A stretch of 64,000 nt of DNA from the NCBI GenBank assembly GCA_038087875.1, contig CM075977.1, positions 305,970,001-306,034,000 on the forward strand, in the 5' to 3' direction. Positions within the stretch are counted from its first letter, which is position 1. Every line of letters starts with the position of its first letter. The position numbers and the translations under genes are program-made. This document shows positions 24,764 to 36,822 of this stretch, piece after piece. Source of the DNA: Malacoraja senta. Its lineage: Eukaryota. The notes beneath the pieces were generated by a model. The model had not been told where the DNA came from, searched no databases, and was given only the letters and a program-made list of their open reading frames with translations.

Positions 24764-26231
24764 TCTTATAACCATTAAAAGTCTGATTTTGGATGTGTAT
24801 TTATTTGTGTATTTGTATGTGTGTGTGTGTGTGATGTTCGTCAGCGTTTTACATCTCCTTGAAAACACGACGAGCTAAGAGTGACATTTTTACATATTCC
24901 AATAAAGATTTACGCCATGAGGCCAAAAATCACCTTATCTGAAAAATTCATGCATTATGAATATATTCAAGTTATTTATGAAAATGTTCAAATAACTTTG
25001 AAAATAAACGAGATGGTCTCGCTGATGACGTCACAATGGATCTGTCTGCCTGCATCTGCTCGCGCTGCGAGTGACGTCACCCATGTTCTGTCTTCTGTAC
25101 TTCTTGGCTTCTTTACTTTCACTTCTTTAAATTTGTCACTTAACGTCTTTAAACTGCAGCCCAGGTCGTGCTGCGCGCTCCGCTGGGCTCCAAGAAGTTC
25201 TAGAACATAGCGGCGGCGGCCATTATCGCCTCGCGGGCGCGGGTGCGGGAGAGAGCGATGGGAAGGTGACCGTGGCAGCCATTACTCCCTCTGGGAGAAG
25301 CCGTCCATGGAGACCTGCGATTCCTCCGTTGATCGCAAGGACTCGGGGAATCGTGATGCCTTTTCCTCCCTGGTGATCCCGATCCCACCTGGCCGTCACG
25401 GGGGACGAACTCCTCTCTGCCTCCCCCACCCGATTGTCTGTCACGCGGGTGGGTGGGCTTCCAGTCGTGGAAGCCATGATCGGCTGGCCCTCCGCTGCTT
25501 TTAACCGCCCTCAGATCGCTCCGGGCCTCGCTCTACGTCCTGGGTAGGTGCTGCCTCTACCCCCTCCCCGGGGCAGAGAAAGGGAGGGAGGGAGGGGGGG
25601 AGGGGAGGAGGGAGAGGGAGAGGGGGGAAGGGATGGAGAGGGGGGGAGGGATGGAGAGGGGGGGAGAGGAGAAGGGGATGAAGAGGGGGGGAAGGGGGCC
25701 TCACTCGGGTACACGCCAACCCGCAGCCTCGCTTGGGCCCGGCGCCTGGTCTGGAGGCTGCTGCTCTACGACCTGGGTAGGTGCTGCCTCTACACCCTCC
25801 CTCTGTGTCCCCTCCCTTTCTGAACCCCCTCCCTCTCTGCCCCCTTCCTCTCTGCCCCCCCTTCCTCTCTGCCCCCCCTCCCTACCTGCCCCCCTCCCGC
25901 TCTAGGGAGTGGTGAATATTGGGACCTATGGGTGAGTGGTGGAGTATTGCGTTCGGGAACCAGCCCTCCCATGTGATGCCACGCGTCCCCCCCCACCTCT
26001 TAATCTCTACCCCCTCCCTCTCCACTCCCCCCTCTCAAGCCACGCCTGCGCAGTTATGGGTAATGCGTGAGTGGATAAGGTGGGGGATGGGGTAAAAGGA
26101 GCGAATGAATAATATTAATATAATATCAAGGGGGGAGTGGTTAGTGTGTGTGTGAGACGTCGAAGGCCGCCCACCACCCCCCGGAACGGCGCATTGAGGG
26201 GATGGGACCCAACGGGTCCCCCCTGGTCTAG
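24764..26231 (+). mobile_element. Non-autonomous Helitron (inner), inserted into the 5' end of a related Helitron
   Basis: 5' A|TC, hairpin GGGACCC-AAC-GGGTCCC at 26204-26220, CTAG|T at 26231. Confidence 0.85.
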
Positions 26232-27277
26232 TAACTATTAAAACTGATCTTGGTTGTGTGTGGGTGTGTGTGATGTTCGTCTGCGTTTCAAATCTCCTCG
26301 AAAACACGACGCCCTAACGGTGAAATATTTACATAATCCGATAGAGATTTACGCCATTATGTCAAAAATCGCCTTATCTGAAAATTTGATGCATTATTTC
26401 CAGTTATTTATGAAAATGTTTTAAAAAATCAAATATCTTGGAAAATAAACGAGATGGTCTCGCTGATGATGTCACAATGGCTCTGCTCCTCGTGGCCTGC
26501 TGCCCTAGGTTCCACTCGCTGCGAGTGACGTCCCCCCCTCTCCCTCCCTCCCCCCCCCGTTCTTCAAACGACGCAGAAAGAACGAGCAAGTGGGCTCTGT
26601 ACTGCAGCTTCCGAGGGCTTCCGAGGTCGACGCACGCTCTCGCCTCGGCTCGGGTTACCTGAGTATTTCCCGAGAGCTGCCGAGAACTTTGGTCAATGCA
26701 TGCTCGCGCCTCGGCTTGGGTTTCCCAGGAACTGCCGAGAGCTGCCGAGAGCTTTGGTCGACACACGCTCGCGCCTCAGGTTTCCCGAGAACTCCCGAGA
26801 TCTCTCCCCCCTCCCCTCTCTCGAGTGCCTTTCTTTGATGACGTCACAATGAGCGAGCTAGCATTTCGAGAACATTCTTCTAATCCTTCACCAACGGTCA
26901 TTCTCACTTTGTTTGTGAACAAAGTGCTGACTTCCAAATCTTTAAAGTTAAGAGTCCGATTGAACTTCATTGTTTTGGTTTAACTTCGAAAATGTTAATA
27001 CATTAACGTTGAATTTATTGTTCTGCTGCCATATGTTCCATGCGCAGCTCGTGACGTCACCCCCCTCCCCCCCTCCCCCCCTCGTTCTTCAAAAGACGCA
27101 GAAAGAACGAGCAAGTGGGCTCTGTCCTGCAGCTCCCGAGCGCTTCCGAGGTCACGAGCTCTCACGAGCACTCATGAGCTTCCCGGCTTGCTTTTCCAGA
27201 ACATTTCTAAACGGTCATTATATCACTTTGATGAACGAGGCTTAATGCTGACTTCCGCATCTCTAAAGATAAGAGTC

Positions 27278-29063
27278 GGTGTGAGTCTCCTGCAGTAGAA
27301 CTATAGTCGCCTTGTTTTTGTGGAGAGAGTGGAGAGCATAAAGTTCCTCGGGGTGCAAATTACAGACAGCCTCACCTGGTCCAGGAACACCACTGGGACC
27401 GTCAAACGGGCCCATCAGCGACTGCACTTCCTGAGGAAACTAAAACAGGCCTCACTCCCCACCAACATCCTCAGGACTTTCTACAGGGGTACGGTGGGAT
27501 CTGTACTCACGTACTGCATAAATACGTGGTACTCCACCTGCAACTGCTCGGACAGGAAGGCTCTGCAGAGGGTAGTGAGGGGAGCAGAGATCATTGGCAT
27601 CTCCCTACCCTCGGTACAAGAACTGTTCCAGAGCCGCTGTCGGAAAAAAGCTCAGAGAATTGCTAAGGACAAACTGCACCCCCTCCACATACACCTGGAT
27701 CTCCTGCCATCAGGCAAGAGATATCGCAGCATCAAAGCCCGGACTACAAGACTGCTAAACAGCTTCCTGCCATATGCTGTGAGGCTGCTAAACAGCCACT
27801 CTGTACTCACAGTCACCTGATTCTGCGGCTTGGCACGGACACTTTAATAACTGGCACTGGCCACTCAAATCAGCCACCCCGGACATGTTTATGATTGGTT
27901 TTACTGTATTTTAACGTTGTTTTTACCTACTTTTTAACTATTTATACTGTTCCATCAGGGACTGGATTGTTTTTAGTGTTATTATGTGTGAAATGTTTTA
28001 AATTTCATGTGCGATGCTCCGGTATTCCCTGGGAAACGTCTTTTCATTTTGCACTGTACACCTGTTGCTTGCAAGATGACAATAAAGGTTGATTGATTTT
28101 TGATGGCAATCTGTTCGATGACGTTGAGCTTGGCGGTGGTAAGGCCTTCTACATTGAGCTGCAGTAGCACTAAACCTCGACAGTTGGCGGCATTTAACGG
28201 TGCCGCCTGGCCTGGGAAGGCATGGCTTTTAGTGGTCTGCAGACGTGGTAAAGACATTGGTTTCGCTTTGTGGGCTTATGAGCCTGTAAGCTACTCGTAG
28301 AGGAGGCCGCGTAAAGGCTGTCTTTGTCTCCTGGACGCATGTCCACAGTGGCCCTGGTGTTCTCAGCCGCCGAGTACTGCGCCCCGGTCTGGTGCCGTAG
28401 CCCTCACGCCAAGAAGCTGGATGCTGCCCTCAACAGCACCCTGCGGACTGTCTCCGGATGCCTACGAGCCACCCCAGTAAACCAACTGTCCGTCCTCGCT
28501 GGCATCGCCCCAGCCAACATCAGACGAGAAGCAGCCACGCTGGCACTCTCTCGAAAGGCACAGACCAGCGAATCCTACCTCCTCCATCAGATCGTCACAG
28601 AGACACCACGACGAGTGCGCCTCAAGTCACGGCACCCCTTTGCCACGCAAGCCCAAGAGCTGCTCTGCACAACACCGGCTGACGCTTCTAAGGCTGCCTG
28701 GGTCAAGACGAGATGGAGCGACCAGTGGAAGTCAGCGGAACCATCTAGGCTACTCCATTACATCGATGACCCCATGGACGTCCCTGGCCAGGACCTGCCC
28801 CGAAAGCAGTGGACAACCCTCAACCGCTTGAGGGCAGGCATCGGACGCTATGGAGTAGCGATGAAGAGGTGGGGCCTCGTGGACAGCGCCTCCTGCGTGT
28901 GTGGGGACCCAACACAGACAGTGGAGCACATAGTCACCAGTTGCCCCAAACACCGGCCACCGAATGGTGAACGAGGTCTGATTGACCTGGACGATGACAC
29001 GTTGGCCTGGCTCGCCTCAACGGAGCTGCAGGTCTAAAAGACACACGACAGAAGAAGAAGAAG
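27278..29063 (+). mobile_element. Vingi-type non-LTR retrotransposon with inverted 5' segment
   Basis: 13-bp TSD AAAGATAAGAGTC at 27265-77 and 29064-76. The + strand 3' ORF has AEYCAPVW..LAGIAP..LNRLRAG..C.CG..EHI..CP and a (GAA)n tail. The - strand has the endonuclease N-terminus LQLNVEGL..IAIKNKATIVLLQETH. Confidence 0.88.
27321..28096 (+). mobile_element. Rex1/Babar-type LINE 3' fragment inserted in the Vingi 5' segment
   Basis: ORF 27320..27820 has KFLGVQITDSLTW..LLPSGKRYRSI..LLNSF. (GATT)n tail; TTTTTG duplicated at both sides. Confidence 0.88.
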
Positions 29064-31199
29064 AAAGATAAGAGTCCGATTGAACTTCATTGTTTTGGTT
29101 TAACTTCGAAAACGTTGCATTTTTTGTTCTTTAAAGACTTTCTGGTGTCTCACTTAACTGTACTAATTCTGAAAGATAACATTTAATTTCAAAGACAGCA
29201 CTTTTTAAATTTTAAAATATATTTCTAACGTTGCTATTCCCCATTTGTTACTTCTCGTTTTTTTTCCGGTACCAATTTCTTTATAATTTAAGAAGTTTGC
29301 AATTATTTACTCCGCGAATTTTGACAGATTTTTGACCGCTTTCAAAAAAATTTGCTGTTGATTTGGAAAGACTCAGATAACCACCCCCCTCTTTCCCTCC
29401 CCTCCTCTTACCCCCCCCCCCTCTTCCCCCCTTCCCTCTCCCCCCTCCTTCCCCCCTCTTCCCTGCCACCTTACTCCCTTCCCTCCTCTGCCCCCTCCTC
29501 TTTCGCCCTCCCCTCTTTCTCTCTGCCCCCCTCTCTCTGCGCTTCTCTCTATCTCTGCCTCTCTCTCTATCTGCCTCTCTCTCTCTCTCTCTCTCTCTAT
29601 CTCTATTCCTTTCTCTGCCTCTCTCTCTCGCTGCCACTCTCTCTGCCCCTCCCTCTCTCTCTCTGCCCCTCCCTCTCTCTCTTCCCCTCTCTCTCTGCCC
29701 CCCTCTCTCTCTGCCCCGCTGTGTCTCTGCCCCTCTCTCGGTGTCTCTGCCCCTCTCTCTGTGTCTCTGCCCCTCTCTTTGTGTCTCTGCCCCCCCTCTC
29801 TCTACCCCCCTCCCTCTCACTCTCTAGATGCGCCTTTGAGTTGGGGGCTATGCATGAGTGGATAGGGCGGGGATGGGGTAAAAGGAGCGAATGAATAATA
29901 TTAATATAATATCAAGGGGGGTGGTTAGTGTGTGTGTGTGGGGGGCGTTGGTTACTGTGCGTGTGTGAGGGGTGGTTAGTGTGTGTGTGACGCCGCAGGC
30001 CGCCCCCTCCCCTTCCCCCCCGCAACCGCGCGTTGAGGGGACGGGACCCAACAGGTCCCACTTGGTCTAGTTATTTATAAAATCAGCAACACATTGATAG
30101 TGTTGATCACCAAGCATGACAACCTCAAGTACATCATAAGTATTGCATGAGTTTGATCAGATGTCACTCTAATTGAAGCAGCCAAGTTAAACAAAGTCTC
30201 GCAAGTAGCAAAGAGATAAATGCTAGTAAATCGTTTATTGTGATGTTAACCGAAAATAACTTCCCTATTTTGTTTTTTAAATAGTACCACTGTATCATTT
30301 ACATTTACCTAAAGAAACAAATATAGACGTGGGTTAACCACACATCACCCCTATGGCAGTTCAGTAAGAGACTGAGATGTGAACTAGGGCGCAACCACGG
30401 GGGGTTTGAATTCAGTTTATTTTGCTTCAGAGATGACAGTTCTACTTCTCTCACCTTAGACACATTTGATATTAGATCACGGGAAGCATCTACATGTATA
30501 AATACAGTTTAAATCCTAAACCAAACTGAGTAGTAATGGCCGCATAGCTTGGGTGCAACCAGGAATATTTTATTTTCTGTAATTCATAGACTCCACAAAA
30601 ATTGTGCTCCTTCTCCACTTAAAAATACCAACAATCATCTTTTGGTTACTAAATGCTGCAAGTCTGATCACTCCGGTAATCCAATAGAAGTAATATGTTG
30701 ACGATACAAGTTTATACATTTATGACGGAGATGAGTGTTAAATAGTAAAAATATTGTGTGATTGGCCATTGTCTTGAGAAAGTTGACCTGACTTGGATCG
30801 GTGTAATCCAGTGAAAAATCACATTGAAATTTGAGGAATGATAATGTGTAACTACATTCTGTTTGACATTTAGAGCCAGAGTTACACAGCATGTCCAGCT
30901 TGTCCATGATGACCAAGTTGCTTATCTGAGCCAATACTCTTTGCCTGTGTTTGGTCCATATCCCTTTAAATACTTCCTATCCATGTACCTGTCTAAATGT
31001 TTTGTAAACATTGTAATTGTACCCACCTCTACAGTGTCCTCTTTGTGGTATTTGAAGTGAATGTTTTACCAACAAACTTCCAGGCAAACTCATTTAGATT
31101 AAAGTAAAATATTTTCTCATGTTCGAAAATGTAAGGGTGTAAAATTTACATGAAAAACCCAAAAGAGCAAACAGATATTTTGTTACTAAACTCACTTAC

Positions 31200-31267
31200 C
31201 AACAATATCAACCACTTGCTCTTCCTCATCCTCTCGTTTTCTTTTTCCTTTGTTTTTCTTCTTTTTA
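31200..31267 (-). CDS. FRG1: FRG1 exon 2 (KKKKNKGKRKREDEEEQVVDIV; basic NLS-like stretch)
   Basis: 68 nt, AG/GTAAGT boundaries, phases fit exons 1 and 3. Confidence 0.94.
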
Positions 31268-31319
31268 CTTAAAATAAAATGTTATAATGAACTTTAATAT
31301 GTAAACCATGAACAGAAGT

Positions 31320-34300
31320 CAGCGCTATGATGCCTGACCATTAAAGTTTCCCCTCAGATTCCCATTAAATCTTTTCCCCTTCACCTTAAGCCAATGTCCT
31401 CGATTCACCTACTCTGTGCATCTATCCGATCTATTCCTCTCATGATCTTATACACCTCTACAAGATCACCCCTCATCCTCCTGCGCTCCAAGGAATAGGT
31501 TTGAGTCCCAGTCTACTTAACCTCTGCCTATAGCTCGGACACTCTAATCCTGGAACATCCTCGTAAATCTTCACTGTACCCTTTCCAGCTTGACAAGAGT
31601 GTTCCTATAACACAGTGCCCAGGACTGAACACAATACTCTAAATGTGGGTAGACGAAAATGCTGGAGAAACTCAGCGGGTGAGGCAGCATCTATGGAGCG
31701 AAGGAAATAGGCAACGTTTCGGGTCGAAACCCTTCTTCAGACTGATACAACTGCATATATACTATACAACTGGAACATGCCCTTCCAACTTCAATACTCA
31801 ATACTCTGGCTGATGAAGGCCAATGTGCCAAAAGCCATTTTGACAGACAAAGGAGAGTTAGTAGATGTTGTTTACTTAGATTTTCAGAAAACTTTTGTTA
31901 CCACAGTATCAAAGGGCAGATACTAGCATGGATAGCAGGTTGGTTGGATGACAGAAGACAAAGAGAGGCAATAAAGGGAGCTTTTTTCTGGTTGGCTCCC
32001 AGTGACTAGCGGAGTTCCGCAGGGGTTGGTGCGGGGCCCGCTACTCTTCATGTTGTATATTAATGATTTGGATGAGGGGATTGAAGGCTTTGTGGCCAAG
32101 TTTGTAGATGATTTGAAAAAAGGTGGAAGGGCAGGTAGTGTAGAGATAGCAAGGACTCTGCAAAAGGACAGGTTGGAAGAGTGGACAGAGAAGTGGCAGA
32201 TGGAATATGGTGTAGCAAAGTGTGGAGTCATGCAGTTTGGTAGTAGGAATAAAGGCGTAGATTATTTTCTAATTGGGGAGAAAATCCAGCAATCGGTGCA
32301 AAGGGACTTGGGAGTGCTGGTGCAGGATTTCCAAAAAGTTAATCTGCAAGTCGGATCGGTAGTAAAGAAAGGAAATTCAATGTTAGCATTTATTTCAAGA
32401 GGGCTTGTATACAAAAACAGGGATTTTGACCCGAAACGTCACCCATTCCTTCTCTCCAGAGATGCTGCCTCACCCTTTGTTCACAAGATAACAACCTCTT
32501 CCTGAATGTTAACAAGACAAAGGAGATTGTGATTGACTTCAGGAAGGGAGGCAGTGCACACCCCAGTATACATTGTTGGTGCAGAAGTAGAGATGGTTAA
32601 AAGCATCAAATCCCAAGGAGAAAATATCACCAGCAATTTGTCCTGGATCAGCCACAGGGAAGTTATGGCGAAGAAAACACAGCAACGCCTCTACTTCCTT
32701 AGATAGCTAAAGAAGATTGGCATGCCCCCAACAACCCTCACCAACTTTTGCAGATGCGCCGTAGAAAGCTTTTTATCAGAAAGCTTTTTATCACAACCTA
32801 GTTTGGAAATAGCTTAAACCACGTTCGCAATAAATTGCAGTGTTGTGGACATAGCCCAGATCATCACACAAACCAACCTCTCTTCCACAGACTCCCTCTA
32901 CATTTCACGCTGCCTCAGCAAAGTTGCCAGCATAATTAAGGACCAGTCTCACTCTGGTCATTCTCTCTTCTTCCCTCTCACATCAGGCAAGTGGAACAGA
33001 AGTTTAAAAATGCATACCTCCGGATTCAAGGGCAGTTTCTTCCCAATAGACAATAGAAAATAGGTGCAGTAGGCCATTCGGCCCTTCAAGCTAGCACCGC
33101 CATTCATTGTGATCATGGCTGATCTTCCACAATCAATATCCCGTTCCTGCCTTCTCCCCATACCCCCTGACTCCGCTCTCTTTAAGAGATCTATCTAACT
33201 CTCTCTTGAAAGCATACAGATAATTGGCCTCCACTGCCTTCTGAGGCAGAGAATTCCACAGATTCACAACTCTCTGGGTGAAAAAGTTTTTCCTCATCTC
33301 CGTTCTAAATGGCCTACCCCTTATTCTTAAACTGTGGCCCCTGATTCTGGACTCCTCCAACATCAGGAACACGTTTCCTGCCTCTAGCCTGTCCAATCCC
33401 TTAATAATCTAATATGTTTCAATAAGATCCCCTCTCATCCTAAATTCCAGTGTATACAAGCCCAGTCGCTCCATTCTTTCAACATATGACAGTCCCGCCA
33501 TCCCGGGAATTAACCTTGTGAACCTCGGCTGCACTCCCTCAATAGCAAGAATGTCCTTCCTCAAATTTGGAGACGAAAACTGCACACAATACTCCAGATG
33601 TAGTCTCACTAGGGCCCTGTACAACTGCAGAAGGACCTCTTTGCTCCTATACTCAACTCCTCTTGTTATGAAGGCTTTCTTCACTGCCTGTTGTACCTGC
33701 ATGCTTACTTTCAGTGACTGATGAACACCCAGATCTCGTTGTACTTCCCCTTTTCCGAACTTGACACCATCCAAATAATAACCTGTCTTCCTGTTCTTGC
33801 CACCAAAGTGGATAACCTCACATTTATCTACATTAAACTACATCTGCCATGCATCTGCCGACTCACCCAACCTGTCCAAGTCACCCTGCATCCTCACAGC
33901 ATCCTCCTCACAGGTCACACTGCCACCCAGATTTGTGTCATCTGCAAATTTGCTAATGTTACTTTCCCAGCAGTTATCAGGCAACTGAATGGCCCTCTCA
34001 TCAGCTAAAGTGCAATCCTGACCTATCATCTACCTTGGTAAGCTATTTTCGTTTGCTCATTTTAAGTAAATATTGAAAAAAACATTGCTAGCCTAAGTAC
34101 TGGTCCAATTATTTCTGGCAGAGTTGAGGACACAGCCCAGTCCATCATGCAAACCAACTGCACTGATGGGCAGAATGACCTAATTCTACTCCTATTCCTT
34201 ATGACCTTATGCACCTGTCTCGACTTCCCCCTTCACCCCTCGGGCAGAAAAATTCTAAAATGGATACCACTAGATTCAAGAGCAGATTCTTCCCTGCTGT

Positions 34301-34530
34301 CACCAGCCTCTATAACTTATAGATAGATATCCGTTCTCCCATGTTGCAACCATTACATTTTTCTTTGGTATCTGAATTTTCTCTGAAGCTGTATCATTAT
34401 ACTCTGCATTATTTATTTTCAGTTTTTGAACTACCTGCTGTACTCATGAACGGTAACAATTTGATAGCATGCAAAGTAAAGCTTTTTACGGTATCTTGGT
34501 ACACCCGACAATAATAAACCAATACCATTG
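31320..34530. mobile_element. Cluster of CR1 (both strands), Rex1/Babar and Penelope-type fragments in FRG1 intron 1
   Basis: ORFs 32002..32505 (+, CR1 RT), 32845..33063 (Rex1-like) and 33133..33774 (-, CR1). Confidence 0.85.
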
Positions 34531-35292
34531 TTGGCAGGAAAAACTGTTCAATTCTACAGTTTAAATATAGCATTAAAAGTGATATAGTTCCACTCAAGAA
34601 GGAACAGGCAAATTTTGATGCCTGTGATATAGACACAAAATGAAGTGTAATGAATGGAGTCACAATCCACTTCGCCTCCGTGAATCCATCTCCCAGTGTC
34701 TCCTCTGCCTTTCTCATGGGCTAAAAGTCAACCCCTCACTCATGAAATATCGGACACTCTTCCAGGTTCGAGATCAGTCTGAAGGATCTCGATTTGAAAC
34801 TACCATTCCTTCCGCAGATAGTCTGATCGATTGTTACACCAGCACTGTTTTTCCTTCATGAATCCTGCATCTGCAATCCCTTGTATCTCCGTTCTTCTGG
34901 AGTTCCTCTTCATCCCTCTCCTCGCTCAACTCCCTCTCTCCTCATTCACCGCCCTTCTCTTCTCCACGGACACCCCCCCCCCCCACTCCTCGGACACAAC
35001 CCCCCCCTTCCTCGGACACCCTCTTTGGTCAGAGGGTGGTATATCTGTGGAATTCTTTGCCAGCACTTGAAAATGTTCAAATCAATTAACATTTTTAAAC
35101 CAGAGATGGAGGGAATCTTGAGTAGTACGGGTGTCAAGGGTTACGGGGAGAAGGCAGGAGAATGGGGTTCGGGGGAGATATATCAGCCATGATTGAATGG
35201 CGGGGTAAACATGATGCACCAATGATCTAATTCTGATCCTATCACTTTTGAACACTCCCATCTCCTCGCTCACCCCCTCCCCTTGGATACTC

Positions 35293-36036
35293 CTGACCCT
35301 GCAGCTGCCCACTGACCCTGTATCTGCCTACTGCCCCTGTATCTGTCCCGTCGCTTGCATCTGCCCACTGCCCCAGTATCTACCCACTGCCCCTGCATCT
35401 GTCCCCTGACCCTGTACCGTCCCGACCCTGTATCTACCCACTGCCCCTGTACCTGTCCCCTGACCCCGTATCTGCCCACTGACCCTGTATCTACCTACTG
35501 CCCCTGTATCTGCCCACTGACCCTGAATCTGTCCCGACCCTGTATCTGTCCCCTGACCCTGTATCTACCTACTGCCCCTGTATCTGCCCACTGAGCCTGT
35601 ATCTGTCCCTTGACCCTGTATTTTCCCCTGAGCTTGTTTCTGCCCACTGATCCTGTATCTGTCCCTTGACCCTGTATCTGTCCCTTGACCCTGTATTGTC
35701 CCCTGAGCCTGTATCTGTCCCGAGCCTGTATCTGTCCCCTGACCCTGTATCTGTCCCGAGCCTGTATCTGTCCCCTGACCCTGTATCTGTCCCCTGACCC
35801 TGTATCTGTCCCATGACCCTGTATTGTCCCCTGACCCTGTATCTGTCCCCTTGACCCTGTATCTGTCCCTTGACCCTGTATTGCCCACTGTATCTGTCCC
35901 TTGACCCTGTATTGCCCACTGTATCTGTCCCTTGACCCTGTATCTGTCCCTTGACCCTGTATTGCCCACTGTATCTGTCCCTTGACCCTGTATCTGTCCC
36001 TTGACCCTGTATCTGTCCCTTGACCCTGTATTGTCT
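35293..36036. repeat. Minisatellite of ~19-bp CCCTGTATCTGTCCCCTGA-type units in FRG1 intron 1
   Basis: Directly visible tandem periodicity. Confidence 0.95.
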
Positions 36037-36198
36037 CCTCTAGCGTTCCCTGGTGAACACCCGCCTCTCTCTCTGCAAACACCCGCCCCTCACTCTTCCT
36101 CTCAAAATCAGTCCATCTCCCGTCCGACCCGCGGATCACAGACACACACGCCGACTCCACGCTTTCTCTGCGCGCTTTCAACCTGAGGTCAGTTAAAC

Positions 36199-36260
36199 CC
36201 GGACCTTTTGACGCCTTTCAGCACCAGCTTTGTGCGCTTCACACAAGAATACTCCGCCAT
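36199..36260 (-). CDS. FRG1: FRG1 coding exon 1 (MAEYSCVKRTKLVLKGVKRSG)
   Basis: ATG at 36260-36258 in a strong Kozak context (AACATGG), 62 nt to a GT donor. Matches the FRG1 N-terminus MAEYS.VK.TKLVLKG. Confidence 0.95.
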
Positions 36261-36274
36261 GTTGGTCGTGAAGG

Positions 36275-36822
36275 AGGCGCCGCCCGCAGCGGGAGAGAGA
36301 GGGCACCGGGAACAGCGCCGCCCAATGGCGGGAGGGAGAGGGCACCGGGAACAGCGCCGCCCAATGGCGGGAGGGAGAGGGCACCGGGATCAGCGCCGCC
36401 CAGTGGCGGGAGGGAGAGGGCACCGGGAACAGCGCCGCCCAATGGCGGGAGGGAGAGGGCACCGGGATCAGCGCCGCCCAGTGGCGGGAGGGAGAGGGCA
36501 CCGGGAACAGCGCCGCCCAGTGGCGGGAGGGAGAGGGCACCGGGAACAGCGCCGCCCAATGGCGGGAGGGAGAGGGACACCACTGGGCACCGGGAACAGC
36601 GCCGCCCGCAGCGGGAGAGAGAGGGCACCGGGAACAGCGCCGCCCAGCGGCGGGAGAGAGAGGGACACAACTGGGCACCGGGAACAGCGCCGCCCAGCGG
36701 CGGGAGAGAGAGGGACACCACTGGGCACCGGGCACCGGGAACAGCGCCTCCCAGTGGCGGGAGAGAGAGGGACACCACTGGGCACCGGGCACCGGGAACA
36801 GCGCCGCCCAGCGGCGGGGAGG
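36275..36822. repeat. GC-rich minisatellite (39-bp core unit GGGCACCGGGAACAGCGCCGCCCAATGGCGGGAGGGAGA) in the FRG1 5'/promoter region
   Basis: Seven consecutive 39-bp units at 36301-36573 plus longer variants. CpG-rich; starts ~15 bp upstream of the ATG. Confidence 0.93.

Larger units (their letters stand above)
24759..30070 (+). mobile_element. Non-autonomous Helitron (outer) hosting the inner Helitron, Vingi and Rex1 insertions, and a CT-rich tract
   Basis: TCATA + TAACTATTAAAA rejoin to form a Helitron 5' end. 3' hairpin GGGACCCAACAGGTCCC and CTAG|T at 30070. Internal duplication (26520-26995 vs 27050-27277 plus 29077-29118). Confidence 0.8.

Noticed and set aside
29281-29894. 179/180-aa RE-rich and SL-rich ORFs
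   Set aside because: Translation of a CT microsatellite.
36301-36822. Possible CRISPR-like array
   Set aside because: Units are contiguous with no unique spacers, there are no cas genes, and the context is vertebrate.
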